From assembly GCF_009914755.1 (NCBI RefSeq), contig NC_060926.1: a DNA stretch of 64,000 bases; one strand, given 5' to 3'. This document shows positions 30,150 through 45,119 of this stretch, one piece after another. The DNA comes from the human T2T-CHM13v2.0 reference genome, Homo sapiens. Below the pieces are notes generated by a model. The model searched no databases and was not told the DNA's origin. It saw only the letters and a list, made by a program, of their open reading frames with translations. Both the position numbers and the translations under genes were made by a program. The first letter of the stretch is position 1. Each line of letters starts with the position of its first letter.

Positions 30150-30950
30150 CATAATTTTCTAAATTTTTTTCATTTCATTGGGAATTCATAGCATTGACCT
30201 ATTATAGTATATAAGTAAAACACTTATGTAAACATTAAAGAATAATTAGACAGATCCTCTAATCACTACCCTGGTTAAGCAATAAAACGTTTTCAGTAAC
30301 TTGGAAGCCCCTACTCCCAACTGTCTCTGCATCTCTGAGAGGTAATCATAACCTTGATTTTAATTTTAATCATTCTATTTTTCTCTATTATTTTGCCACT
30401 TATGCATATATCCCTAAATAATATAGGTTAGTTTGCCCTGCTTTTGTACCTTAGATAAATAAAATACTACACAGTATGCATGCTCTTGTTTCTGGCTCCT
30501 TTCACTAAATATGTCCATGGTGCTATTTTTATTCATTTTCATTGCTGGATGCAATTCGTATTTGAATACACCACATTTTTTATATTTATTTACTGTTGAT
30601 GAACATTCTGCTTGTTTTCATTTGGGAATCCTAGTTTATGTCCTCCTACACACATGCAGGAGCTTCTCAAGAGCATCTATCTAGCAGTAGAATTGCTGGA
30701 TCAGAGTATGAATGCTTTCAACCTTATCAGATAAGTTCAAATGCTTCCAATTTACACTCCCACTACCAGTAGGTGTTTCCCATCGTTCTATATTATCACT
30801 ACATGATATTGTTAGATTTCTTGACATTGTTGCCCATCTGGTGGGTATATATTGATAATTCATTGGGGGCTTTAATTGGTACTTCTATCTTTTCATATGT
30901 TCATTAGCCATTTGGATTTCAGATTTCTTTATTCAATTTTGTTTTATTTT
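30150..30950 (-). mobile_element. L1ME-type 3' fragment
   Basis: ttcattttcattgctg...tactgttgatgaacatt...agtagaattgctggatc...ccaatttacactcccac. Confidence 0.7.
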
Positions 30951-30966
30951 AAAAAATGCTGGTTAG

Positions 30967-31387
30967 ATCTGATCTTTGACAAACCTGAAAAAAAATGGGG
31001 AAAGGATTCCTTATTCAATAAATAGTCCTTGGAGAACTGGCTAGCCATATGCAGAAAATTGAAAGTGGACTCCTTCCTTACATCTTTTACAAAAATGGAC
31101 TCAAGATGGATTAAAGATGTAAATGTAAAACCCCAAACCATAAAAACTCTAGAAGAAAATCTAGGCAATACCATTCAGGATAAAGGCACAGGCAAAGATT
31201 TCATGATGAAAATGCCACAAGCAATTGCAGCAAAAGCAAAAATTGACAAATGGATCTAATTAAACTAAAGAGCTTCGTACAGTAAAAGAAATTATCATCT
31301 GAGTGAATACAGAACCTACAGAATGGGAGAAATTTTTTGCAATCTATCCATCTGACAAAGGTCTAATACCCAGAGTCTACAAGGAAC
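30967..31387 (+). mobile_element. Primate L1P ORF2 internal fragment, truncated at both ends
   Basis: ORF 31029-31259 [17 protein letters not shown]...[14 protein letters not shown]; no 3' UTR or poly-A. Confidence 0.88.
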
Positions 31388-31859
31388 CACCACGTGTCAG
31401 TTGATTGTTCTCAAAATGGTGGTGCTATCCCTCACAGTACTATCACCAGCTACTAGTCTGACTGTTGGGAAAACGTAAAGGGGATACTATTCAGCTGGAA
31501 TTTGAGTGTGATCCTCTGGACATCAGTGTGGATGTTGATGTTGGAAAGGATCTGTGGACTCTGAGGAATATTGGTGTCATGCTGTTTAGAGAGGGTATGC
31601 TCTGACATGGCAGGGCTTTCTTGGGTCTATGTCTGAGGCGTCACATCAAGCAAACTGAGGACCCATAAAGGAAAACTGTAACCCTGGGAGATACTGTAAG
31701 GATAAACACTAATGCTCACTACTCTCTAGCTCTTGTTAAACACTCCTTCCTCTCTTTTTATGAGATGTTATGACGAGGCAACAAAAAGGGTGTTAGAATG
31801 AATTTTGGAATGCAGATAAAGATATTGCCCATAGAATCTTTTGTGAAGATTTATTCTAA

Positions 31860-32877
31860 CGGGACTGTACTTGTATTTTTTATTTCCATGATGTTGGGGA
31901 CAATCATAAAGTCAAAGATTCCACTAGTTGGATTGGGCATTTTTTTTTTTTACATTATTCCAGTAATTGCACAGAGGCTGCAACCCCTGGGAGGTAGGTG
32001 GGAAATGTCAGGGAGCTGCAATAGACAGAAAAAGGAGTGGGGTAATCTTAACTGTAACAATGGCAACTTTCAACAACACTAACTTGTTATTCTGCTTGAA
32101 AAATTATTTTTTAGAAATAGTCAAATATTTATGTTTGAGTTTTATTTTAAATGCTCCTTTTCTATAAAATCATCTAAATATTTAATAGATAATTTGGAAT
32201 TTTTGACAGCATTCCAAATATTATGAAATTTTAAATATTTCTTCTAAACAATCACACAAATATATATATTTCCAAACCAAAACAGATATTCCCATGCTTG
32301 AAATGCTATTTCTAATTTCTAATTTATTCTTAAGGGCTAATTTGCAAAATGAAATTGTTTGGATGATTGGTTTGCAGTAAACATGGTGTACCAAATTGGT
32401 TTCTAAATTTAGAGAAAGGTTGAGTCTCCTCTTATAATAATCAAGAAATAATAGAAGTATTAATGATAATGAAGCTTCCATAATTAAAAAGTCAAATTCT
32501 GAAATAACAAGCAGAAATGAACATTAGCAGGTAGCAGCTACATAATTTATAATTCTCACAAAGTTATTTTGAGCTCTTTTTATAGGATAACATAACCTCC
32601 AACATGTAGTTTACTAAATTATAGTATAAGTACTATATGTGCCATAATTAAGTTCCATAATTTGGGGGAATTTAGTACTATTAAATATAACTTAAAGATA
32701 CAGGAAATATAGTGCATAAAATTCTAAGAATCACAAAAGAAAGGCAAAGTTGTTTTAATAGATGCTATGATTTCTATGTCTGATATTTCAAACATTTTAG
32801 AAAGTAGTAATTATTATTATCCATATACATGTTTTCAAAGAAAAATGCTCTTTACATATAGAATTTGAGGATGAGCT
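31860..32877 (-). other. CCDC148: CCDC148 3' UTR with tandem poly(A) signals
   Basis: Follows the stop codon; minus-strand AATAAA at 32323-32328, 32141-32146 and 31879-31884. The lower boundary is inferred. Confidence 0.65.
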
Positions 32878-33045
<168 letters not shown>

Positions 33046-33749
33046 TTAAATAGCAATTCATTGAACTAAAATAACTTTTAACATTTAGTTCCATGTTTTC
33101 CCAAACTAATTTGTTTTTACTGGACAGATGACTAGGTGACAGTAAACTGTGAATACAGTGACTATATTTTGGAAACATCTAAACCTTTTTGACATTATCA
33201 CTTTTCAGTACATCAGTGGTTTCCCATGTAGGGTATATAGAACATAGTGTACTAGATTAGTCAAAATATAATGCGTTAAAATTATTAAAAGATGAAGTAA
33301 AAGAAGCTTACTTTCAGTGCTACTATTGATTTATCACTTATTGCTGGCTGGAATTATAAAATACAGATAATCATTGATTAAAATAAATCTAAGCCACAAA
33401 AAAAGCATCTTAATTTCTCCATCATCTGGCAATATGTAAATTAAGTTTAAACACATGGCCACCACTTGAAAAACAAAATCAATAGAACTTTTCTTCCAAG
33501 GCTGGATTTCTATTTCAAACAGAAGTAGAAAATGCCTCCATCAATCTGATTCTAAGTGGAAGTAGACATATGAGTAGTTCAACTTCTGTTTTCATTTATA
33601 GCTGATTGGATCTTATTCCTCTTCCCCTCCTCCTATGAATATTAAATGTCAACAGAGACTGTTTGAAATGATAAGAAGGTGGCCACATATGGATTTTACC
33701 TAATGAGGCATTTTACATGGATTTGAAGTCCCCCTAGAGGATGTGATAA

Positions 33750-34500
33750 TAAGCTAGTAAAAGCAGCCCCTCCAGGAGCTCTTAGGCGAACTGGGGCAAT
33801 AAAAATGTACACAGATAACTACAGATTATGGCAACATGTGGCAGATGCCCTAAAAGTAGTAAAACATGGGGGTGCATCTCCTGGTGGTGGCGGCATGCGG
33901 ATGGTCTCAGGTGAAGATGAGCAATTGAACTACCCTTAAAGTCCAACTTAGTCTATAAAGCAGACTGGGGAGGAAGAGAGACCTAATGAGAAAGGAAGAC
34001 ACCTACAAACTCAGAGGTGAAATAGGCCAACTTGGGATAAGGGTGGTTTGAGCAGAGTACTGGTTACCATTGAGGAACACTGGAAACAGATGCTTCTCAG
34101 ACTAGGACTTGAACTTAAAAGGCTTGCATGGCCATGCCGAGTCTAAGGAGCTACTAGGGTATGTTTGTTTCTAGTTTTTGCATAAAAATAATATAATCAT
34201 TGTAGTTGCATAGGAAGATGGGTCTGATTGTAAGTTCAGAATAAATTAAGGTGGCAGGGAAAGAAGAAATGGAGGCCGAGAGAGTGGTTAGGAATTTACT
34301 ACAATTGTCTAGACATAAAGTAATAAATGTCTGAACTTGGCTGGTAGCAAGGAAGAGATAATTGTCAGAAACACTATGAAAACAAGAATCAATAGCACTT
34401 GGCAGTTGATCAGATACAGGGCTTGGGGCAACGATGAGTATGAAGTCAAGAATAATACAGAGATTTGTGTCTGAGAAGCAATAAATATGAGCCTAAGACC
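33750..34500 (-). mobile_element. L2 fragments
   Basis: ggaggccgagagagtggttaggaa...aagaatcaatagcacttggcagttgatcagat...gaagtcaagaataa. Confidence 0.55.
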
Positions 34501-34879
34501 CAGGTTTTTCCTCTTCTGTCTCAATGTCTTCTCCCTGGTCTGCTCTCATGTGCTCCAGTGATTCATGTGCAACCTGTATGCCATTGACTCCCAAATTACA
34601 TCTAGGACTCACCTCTCTCTTCAGTTCCATGTTGTGAGGCTTAAATTTTTTTTTATTATTCAATTTTTGCATAGCTAGAGAGTGAAATGGAGATCTCCCC
34701 TCTACCGGAACTTCCATCTTCCCAATTCCCTTCCCCACAGGCAGCCCATCAGTTTCTTGTAAATATGTACTAGATATTTTTACCCTAAACATGGTATAAG
34801 TAAAACAAATTCTCTCTTTCCCTAAATCTGTTTTTCTTTCTGTATTCTTATATGGTTAATGGCAGCACCACCAGATGAT

Positions 34880-35090
34880 TATAATTTACTGAATTACTAC
34901 TGGGTACCAAGAAATATTTTAGGCAGTGGACATTTATTATCTCTAATGCTCACAAGGACTTTGTAAATAATTATTTTACAGATGAGGAAAACAAGGCATA
35001 AAGACGTAAATAGCTTATACAAATGCACCCAGCCAATAAACAGCGGATGTGGATTTGAATCCAAAACACCAGCTCTTAATATTACTTGTT
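34880..35090 (-). mobile_element. MIR
   Basis: attttacagatgaggaaaacaaggc...ggatttgaatcc...gctcttaa. Confidence 0.7.
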
Positions 35091-35274
35091 GTCTAGCTTC
35101 GAATCATCCTTACTTTCTTTGTCCTCTCCCTTTCTCAGCCAGAGCCATTCATGACCCCACCACCACCACTACTTCTATGAAGGCTCTGCCATTTTAAAAG
35201 GAACTCACCCCAACCCATGCCCACCCCCACCAATTTTCCATTCAGGACACATAGCTAAAACATAAGTCTGATTA

Positions 35275-35681
35275 CAGTTGTGTGTCACATAATGACAGGG
35301 ATACATTCTGAGAAACGTGTCCTTAGGCAATTTTGTTGTGTGAATGTCATAGCATGTACTTACATAAACTGAGATGGTACAGCCTTCTACACACCTAGGT
35401 TATATGATATAGGCCATTGCTCCTAGGCCACAGCCTGTACAGCATTAGTGTGCTCATTACTGTAGGAAGTAATGAGCTGTTACTGTGCTCATTACTGTAG
35501 GAAGTTGTAACACAATGCTAAGTACTTGTGAAACTAAACATACAAGAGGAAATGCATTGTGCTATGATGTTAAGACACTACTAGGCAATAGAAAATTTTC
35601 AGATCAATTATAATCTTAAGGGACCACCAACATATATGTGGTCTGTCTTTGACCAAAACACTGTTATGGGGCACATGACTG
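35275..35681 (+). mobile_element. Tigger3/MER7-type TcMar DNA element
   Basis: Imperfect TIRs cagttgtgtgtcacataa ... ttatggggcacatgactg, flanked by TA on both sides. Confidence 0.82.
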
Positions 35682-36179
35682 TATATAATTTAAAGCTTCA
35701 AAGTCTGGCATCTGCATACAGATGCCTTAGTAGCAAGGCCTACTTGCTACTACTGGTCAAATGCCTTAGTAGCAAGACCTACTATGCTTTTCAGCGCCTG
35801 AACCTAACGCATGTTTCCAGTCTCCTCTCCCAGCACTTGTCATGCACCCCTTGTCATGTATCTTACACTGAAGACATACTAGGAAAAAGCCTTGCCCCAC
35901 CCTCTTCCGCTTGGTCAAACCCAGAGGTGAAATAGGTCAACCGAGTATAAGGGTTAGCCCAGCGGCCTGAGACTTTTTAGCTTCTGATTTCAATCCTTTC
36001 AAGCCTCAGCTATTCTCCCCACTTCAGCAGCTAGGATCTAGAGACACCTCTTAAACCTTGTAATTAATCCTTCTCCCTATGTATCCTCCCCCACAACCTA
36101 TTTTTGTTGTTGTTATTATCGTAAATCATCTGGAGTGGATTTTGCTACTGCTTCCAAAAATCTTTGACTAAGATAGGGC

Positions 36180-36460
36180 TCAGAAGTTTCCTCTCTGACA
36201 CCTTCTCTGACTTCTCCAGTCGGGGTTAGCCATTCATTCCCTTCTTCTTCCTAGGGCAACCCTTAGACATTCATTACAGAGTTGATCCCACCCTGGTGGC
36301 ATTGTTGCTACACATGCTACTTTCCTTCCCCAGTAGGCTCTTTTGCTCACTTCCTCCAGACAAGATCAGCCTATCTTGCTCTGATGTAGCCCAGGCACCA
36401 TACGCAGAGCCAGAATATAATATATGTTCCATAAATATTGGTTCAATTAATAAATGAATT
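36180..36460 (+). mobile_element. L2 3' end
   Basis: ttcctctctgacaccttctctgac...ccataaatattggttcaattaataaatgaat. Confidence 0.55.
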
Positions 36461-36625
36461 ATGCCTCTTTAGAGTCCCTAGCAAAGTATGCCGCACAAAG
36501 CAGAGACATAAGCGGATGAATGGATGGTTTCCTGGTTTTTAAATAATTAAATAATTATTTAGCTTCTCTCCTTAGATTTGTAAAACTGACAACTACTTTC
36601 TCTCTTAATTTCAGTGACTGATATA

Positions 36626-36701
36626 TCATCCATCCACCCATCCATCCATCCATCCATTCATCTGTTTTCCCTCCTACCTTCCATCCCTCAATCCATCCAT
36701 C
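36626..36701. repeat. (TCCA)n microsatellite, degenerate
   Basis: Directly visible. Confidence 0.8.
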
Positions 36702-37150
36702 TAAAAGATCTTTTAAAATCCTTTCTCAGTTACAGGCACAGATTCTCAGGCACAGATTAAAATGAACCCTAGGTTCCTAGAAATGGTTAAATAAGCCCTT
36801 AACACCTTTTTCCGTAAAAAATGTTTTATCATTAGCTCTGATGTATTATCTTCTGTTCATTTTCATTTCTAAAAACTTTCCTCTGCTTTGTCATCAGTAT
36901 CAGTTGTTTATTAATATAATTTATATTATGAATTTAAATATAATTCTTAATGTAACAGATAAACATTTAAACAACAAAATACAATATTAATACAGAGCTC
37001 TCAAATAAAATTTTATAAAGCATTTTTAAAAAAATTTAAAAAATAAGCTTCAATGACAGATTTATAACATTTTTAGGTAACCTCTTGTTCTATGGTAGCC
37101 TATTAACTAGTTTGTAATATTAAGAATTATGTAGTAATTATGTACTATCA

Positions 37151-37429
<279 letters not shown>

Positions 37430-38569
37430 CTAAAAATGAGAAAGCATGGCTACTTGGAACAAGGTACAAACTAAATATTTCTGGGCAACATTATTGATGT
37501 CTAATGCCCATTAAAGTTAAGAAATTTTATTAAAGGTAAAGCCTGAGAGGAAAGGGCAGAAGAAATATTAATTGGTCAGTCCTAGAGATCCACAAAGGAG
37601 TTAAAACAAAACAAGACAATACATATAAGACAAAATATTAAAATGCCTTGGCATATAGTTATTTGCTAATGATTGAATAATTATAATTAATTTCAGAAAA
37701 CAATTTATCTTTCTGATATGAAGTCACAGGAAATCTCATATAGAAAACCTTACATATTCAACCAACTTGAAAGTCACAGAAAGTAAAAAAAAATTCACTT
37801 TTTGACCATTAGCAATTTATGGTTATGGTAACAACCCCATGAAGTTTCCTAGGAAGTTTAACCTGATTGAACTGGATCTAGAGCATATAATTCTTGGGTC
37901 AAGTGTGTTGGCATTAGTGAACAAGGTGGGTGAATTTCCTTTGTACCAGGCAACTAGATTTCCAGGGACTGCTATAAACCATTGTCCTCCTTCTACTGAA
38001 AAATTGCAAAGTCATTTTAACCCAAATGCCCTTGTCTTTTATAATTCAAACCTGCATCTTAATGAAAAGAAGTCACTAATTTTGTAAATGATATGCACCA
38101 TTAGTAACACCTGCCTATTAATTCTGAAAGTCAAGAATTAGCATGAAGAAAATGGCATTCTTAATGCCATTTAAAGACTGTAATAAAATAACTGAGGGTT
38201 GAACATGCTTTAATTATTTTAGGTTTGCTAGCTAAAATAGCTTACATCACAGTTCTAAATACTGATTATAGATAAGAGATAACAGCTATTTCCTCTTTCA
38301 AAGCATTCACAGATGGAAAGAATTCTAATCATATAGACTGTAGTTATCAAAGTTATGTTTTGAACAAGAATGTGTTCAGTAATAGTGACATTAAGTCTTG
38401 TACCCAGAAGGCCATGATATATAAGTTGAATAACTAAAATTTTGTAGGATCCAGGATTACCAGGACTTACATTCCTATGCTTTAAATTTATCTTTATAAT
38501 CTTTTTTTATCAAAGAAGATGATGATATAATAGTCGTATGCATTTATGCCACATCTATACCATCTCATT

Positions 38570-38775
38570 TAGCTAGACTTCCTTGGTTTGAATCAGTATA
38601 ACATTTACTAGCTGTGTGACTTTGAAGAAAGCACCTAACCTCGGTGTCTCCTCTGTTTCCTCTCCTATAAAATGGGGATATTAATATTGCCCACGTCATA
38701 AAGTTGTTGTAGAAATTGAAGTAATACCTAACAGCATTTAGAAGAGGGCTTTACACTTAGTAAATAATAAATTTG
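38570..38775 (+). mobile_element. MIR
   Basis: catttactagctgtgtgactttg...tttcctctcctataaaatggggatattaat. Confidence 0.75.
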
Positions 38776-38804
38776 AACTCACATTATTGCAAACCTATCA
38801 GACA

Positions 38805-38960
38805 GATCCTATTATTCCCATTTTTCAGATGAAGAAATAAAGCTTACGGAGGTTAAGTAAATGACCTGTTTCCAGTGCCGGTGAGTACACAACCAGCTTG
38901 TACCAGGTTGGAAGGACACCAGAGGCCAAGTTCTTATCCATGATTCTGTGTTCCCTCCAG
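38805..38960 (-). mobile_element. MIR
   Basis: cccatttttcagatgaagaaataaagcttacggaggttaagtaaatgacc. Confidence 0.65.
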
Positions 38961-39562
38961 CAACACAGGAGGGAAACCAAGTAGTCCTTTCCTATTAGCT
39001 GGGAAACGGTGTCAATGAAGATTTTAGAGATTTTGAGTTGAAACAACCCCTTCAAGTTCAAAACTCTGAAAAACTACCAAGTAAAACTATCACATTTCCT
39101 AAGTTCTTAAATTCTCACCCTTGCCATCTACCATCCATTTTCATCTACTTTTGCTTACTTTCACTAGGCAAAGTGATAGGAGGCTTTTATTTCTCCACAA
39201 AATAGGTATTTTCTAAAAAACTGTTTTTAACACATTTGTTGACTGTGGGATGTTTCCAAAGGGAGGCTCCTATGCCAAAGAAGATTATCTTGCTCGAACT
39301 CCACCAGGTTTTTTGAGGACAGTAAAATTCGTAGACTAGATGTAGAGCCTCACTGTTGTAAATGGATACTATCCAGCTAATAAACTCTAGGTGATATAGA
39401 TATAGTTAAATCTTGGGAGAGCTTTTTAAAAGGTGATGATAAAGTTCTTTCAATACACTGAGAAACTGGAAATGGTTCAATATAATCTAATTGCTCCCAG
39501 GAATGAACAGCAGTATCCCCATTTGGAAAAGTTAAATTTTATATAGCAGATGTCATGAACTA

Positions 39563-39766
<204 letters not shown>

Positions 39767-39927
39767 TTAAAAATAACACAGAAGGAAGTTGTGGAAGCAT
39801 CATAATAATATTGGAGATTGTACAGAAAACAGCATAGGGGCAGAACACATCTCAGAGGTAACAGCACTGTCACATTTTTTTTTTTACTGATTTCTCAAGT
39901 CCAAATCAATAAAAGACACTCATATAA

Positions 39928-40307
<380 letters not shown>

Positions 40308-42122
40308 TAACTCTCAGAGTACCCACTGGCTGCCATGGCTCTGGCTAACCTGCCCTGAGAGGTGACTGGCTCACTTTCAAGTGAGCTATTATAGTGGTCT
40401 CCCAATGAGAAGCTTTAGCACACCTTGGGTTGTTAGAAAGTTTACATTACTGATTAAATATACAAATTTTTAGAAGGAAAAGTAAAATAAGCTACTATAA
40501 TAATATGTCTAAATTATTTTACTTACTAGAACTTAAACTTTACATATATTGTCATCTACATTCTCACTTTCTGAGTAGGTGCGTATGTGTGTTAAGCAAC
40601 TTTTAAAATTGCACTTTGACATCTGTAGATGGCAGCAAAAACATGACTTTCCCTTAGCATTCTATTTCCAACCCCCTTAAAATCATCGGCTATTAAAATA
40701 TGGCCCACTTAAATACCAGCTTAAAGCCCTGAGCTCCTTGGCCCTCCTCTGCTGCCTTTTTTGGGCAGCCTCCCTTGCCATCTCCTTGCCCAAGCTATAC
40801 TTCTACTGAATTACAGAGATGGAATTCATCCTTTCAAAAGAGTAGGCACCTGGGTTCTCAGGGGAGTATTAGCTCTCCACCTCTGCCTTTCATCATTGAA
40901 AGATTTAGCTTTCTCTGTGGCATCAGTCACAAATGTCCTTTACCCTTAGTGTGCACACCTGCATTTTCCAAGGTGGAGACACCTTCACTAGACCTTTTAC
41001 ATTCTGGATTCTGGTATTTACTGCGTGTTCACCCTGCATCAGGTCTTGTGCTAAGTGCTTTATATGTTTTAGGTCATTTAGACCTCACAACAATCACATG
41101 CTGGGTTGCCATTTTTTAATTCCATTTTATGGATATAAAGAAATAGAAGCATAGACATGTGATCTTAAGAGACGTACAAATAAGAGCCACTGAGAATTTG
41201 GAGAAAGGTGAGATGACCAATCACTGCACTGTGGGAGGGGCTGGCTAAACTTAGCAAGAGCTTCACGGAGGAGGCAGTATCTGAGCAGGGTCTTGAGGAT
41301 TAGGATTCCAGGCAGAGACAGCAAGTGCAGGGCTGGCATCTGAGAGTGGCCCTCACTTGCCTTGACCTAGTCATGGAGGCCACGAGAGGGGAAGAGCTCA
41401 GGGTGGCAAGAACAGAACAAGTGAATGATGAGTGACAGAGAAGCCCAGGCAAGTACTGGTGGCTGAGGCTGCAGCCACAGGGTTCCCTTAGGAAGACATG
41501 CTCCTGGGGAGGAATACCCCAGAAACAGGTTGCTCATGAGTCTGTCATGAAAGGAGAGACACAGGAGAGGAAAGGAGGGAAGCACACAGTGGATCCTTGT
41601 GGAATACAAAACCCAGAATGAGATTTAGAAGGAAAATCCTAACCTCCTTTGATGGCCATGAGTGTTCTTGCCAAAATCAGGAGTCAATATAGTCAAGACA
41701 CATAGATTAAAGAGCCCACAAACCAGAATGCTCCCTTTCTCTCACGCCTCCATGTCATGGAAAGCTCTATTTCTCATTCTCTCCACTTTCACTAAGGCAT
41801 GACATGACACAACCTCCCTAATGAGGTTCTACTCAATTTAAGCACTGAGTACAAGCTAAGTGAACTACTGTGAAGGTTCAATTAAAAAATACCCTGGGAT
41901 TTGACAATTACCATATGCTAATTCTCAGAACCTTTGGAAAGTTTCTCTTCCTTTGGGATATATAGGTTGCTTTGTCTGCAACAAAGTTTTTGTCTGTTTT
42001 GTGGAAAAGTAATAGTTGTTACAGTCAGGGGAGCTTGACTAGTGAGGAAGAAATTGCAAATGAGAGAAAGGCATTTGTACTTGTGTGGTAGAGAAGGCTG
42101 ACTCATCATTTACTTTGAGGCT

Positions 42123-43400
42123 TATTCATTTATTTAACAGGTATTTGTTGAGCACCTGCCATGCATCAAGGGCTGTGTTAGGCACTGGTGATACAACGTC
42201 AACATGGGAGACATGCTCCTGTCCTCGAAGAACTGACAATCCAATGTAGATACAAAGACCCAGGCAATTATGATACAGGGCAGCTTGTGCTCTGATGGGA
42301 CAATGGGGCAGAGACCATGGGAAAGACAGCTTTCCCAGACTTGGGGCTTTTAGGGCAGTATCTATAATAGGAGGAAGTACTCTGAATTTAAGATCCAAAG
42401 AAGGAGCAGGAATGCACCAGGAGGGGAGAGAATAGAAAGAATGATTCAGACAAAAAAGTAGCATTTGAAGGCCCAGAGGTGAGAGTGAGCAGGTATGTCT
42501 TAAAAGACATTCAGAATAACCAAAAATGAGCAAAATAAGGTGCAGAGGGCCAAGAACTGAAGCTAGAGAAGCAAGAGGGGCTGGACTGTGGGGGTTTTGA
42601 AAGCATGAGAGGTTTTGATCAGGGAGAAGTATCTGCTGTGATATGCAGGATGGGTTGTTGGGAGGCAAGACTAGAGATGAGCAATCCAGATGGGAATGGA
42701 AGGCCTCCTGATCTAGGATGGGGGAAGAGTACTCATAGGAGGTTGGGAAAAGATAGGGATTTAAAGGACATGTAGAAAATAAAAATCAACAGAAAGTTTT
42801 CATTTATTTTATGGGAGAGGGAAAGAGATAGAGGAAATTTTCTCTTACACAGTGAACAGGGGTGTTCCTCCCTAAGACTGGGAACTCACATGAGAAACAG
42901 GGAGGTGAAAGAATTAAGTTCAGTTTGAACACAGACCTGTCTTCACAAGATCTGGGCTGGAGAAATACATGGGGAGTCTTTACCAGTAGAACGGAATTGA
43001 AGCCACAAGGCAGATGCCACCATCTAGAAAAAGAGTGTAGAGTAAGAAGAGAGGTAGGCCTGGGATTGATTCCTAAGGAAACAACACTTAGGAAAGGGAA
43101 AGAAGGAGAGGAAACCATTTAGGGAAGTGAGGAGGATAAGTGGTCCTAAGATGTTAGGGAAAATGGGGTCAACAACATCAAATGCTACAGAAAGATCAAT
43201 TCTAGTGCAAAATAATGATTGGGTTAAACAACAGGGAGTCATTGGTGACCTTGGTGAGAACATCCCACAGAGGTGGATGAGGTGAGGTAAGGCAGTAAGA
43301 GAGGGCATGGAGACAAACAAGTCCTGCAGCAAAACTGATGCAAATGGAGAGGCGAGAGACAAGGCGGAGCTGGAGGGTGCACAGAGCCGACCACAGTTGC
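42123..43400 (-). mobile_element. L2 (3' end plus body)
   Basis: ttcatttatttaacaggtatttgttgagcacctgccatg...ggagtcattggtgaccttggtgaga. Confidence 0.8.
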
Positions 43401-45119
43401 ATTGGCTCCAAAGTGATGATCAAGGTTACTCTGACTGCCTGAAGGATTGGCCATGAAAAAATTTCAGGACTTAGGAGACACACTCAAATTCTTCATTTTT
43501 ACAGATGCTATGGTTTAAACTCAATAATACTTCACTTAAAAAAGGAGAAACTCTTGGTGCTTCTTCTACTCTGGATAGAAAATTTTCTTTGCCTAAAGAG
43601 AAGTGATGCAGAAAAACTCCTGGGAGGAAGCCAAATACTCACATATTCATGGGGAAAGAAAATAGCAACACAGTAAAGTCAATCATTTGGAAATTTTTCC
43701 ACATAAATACTTTTAGCCACTTGAGGTAGCAGATTTTCTCCAAATTAAACTGTTGCTATGAAAGTCAATGTCAGGAAGTGGCTAAACTCAATAGTTTTTA
43801 AGTTGTGCACTGAATTCCCAAACAGAAACCGTCTTGGGTTCATTTCTCAGTCTATTATATGCTCCCTGAGTCTACAAAGGTTGAAAGTGCTGCAAAAGAG
43901 GCATTTTCGACTTCTCTTGGGGGAGGAGAAGCATCATATTGTTCAAAAGCAACAGCTGCTGCAGAATCCGGCACAGCACTAACAATAATCTGGAAAGGAT
44001 TTTATTTAAGCCTCCAGGCCTGAGTGTAGTTGAAGGGACAGTATGCTTTCATGTAGAAATGGAGAATTTATGTATCATTTATGAGACATTTTAATGTGTG
44101 CACAGCACTCTAAGAAATGAGTATACAAATGCAAATGTTTGGAAACACCTTGATCCGTAGTAACAGCTTCCCTGGGCTTCACTGAAACTTCAGTGAGAAC
44201 CGGGCAAAATGATAAGTACCAAATCTTGATCTCCCTTTTATCTGGAGTCACAGCTAACTTTCCTCTCAAAAGAAGCTACAGCCACCAAGGGGGAAAAAGA
44301 CTTCTGACAAATGGTCAATAGTGGCAAGTTCTACAATTTAAAACAAACAAAGAAACAAACAAAAAACTTAAGCAATAAAATGGAGCATAAAGACGTATCT
44401 TCATTAGGGTCTCTAACTAGTATGGAACTCCCCCTACCACCTAACATTTCAGGCAAGTAATTTGCCCTACTGAATTAAAGGCAGTTTATAATCAAACTTG
44501 CTACTTAGTGTTTAAGTCATGTGGCTTAGTCAATATGCAACAAGAAATCTTTAAACAGGCATGTGCTGGAGGTGCTACTATCAGGTGTTTCAGTGGCAGC
44601 ATCACGGGGAACCTGTTTCTGCCTGTTGGGAAATTCATTTTTGGCTCAGATTTTACTCAGGAGGTTGTTCTTCCTACTAAGCAGAGGGGACCCCTTCATT
44701 AACTACAGGTCACCCCAACAGGGAAGAATGTGCAGATCAAAGCAGGCAGGCCAGGTGCCAACACGTTTCAAGTGGAGGGGAGAAGTCTGCCCAAAGAAAA
44801 GAATGGAAATTGCACAGGAAGACATTCACATTGAAAGGCATCACTCCTCTAACCACACGGGCTGGGAGTCTCCACTCAGTGGGGATTCTGGCTAAGGGCA
44901 TAAGCAAAGACCAATTTCTGCAAACAGGAATGTGAATCCTGACACAAGACACTGACATCCTGGTACAGATTGGCATGAGGCAAGAACAAAGAAAACTCAC
45001 AGGGTCTCTGCAGAATCAGAAAAGATGAACCCTTGCCAGCCCCAAACAGAGACCATTGTTCAGCTCAGAGAGCTTCCTGGTTCCTTTGTGAAGCTATTGG
45101 AACCCCATCTTTTAATTGA

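Noticed and set aside
40621-40640. CTCF-like tgtagatggcagca
   Set aside because: Lacks the 5' CCA of the core; cannot be supported from sequence alone.
42126-43483. Cluster of 70-180 aa ORFs
   Set aside because: All lie within an old L2; no splice structure or protein motif.
44508-45000. Overlapping ORFs in unique sequence
   Set aside because: No splice-consistent exon or similarity to the CCDC148 coiled-coil composition.
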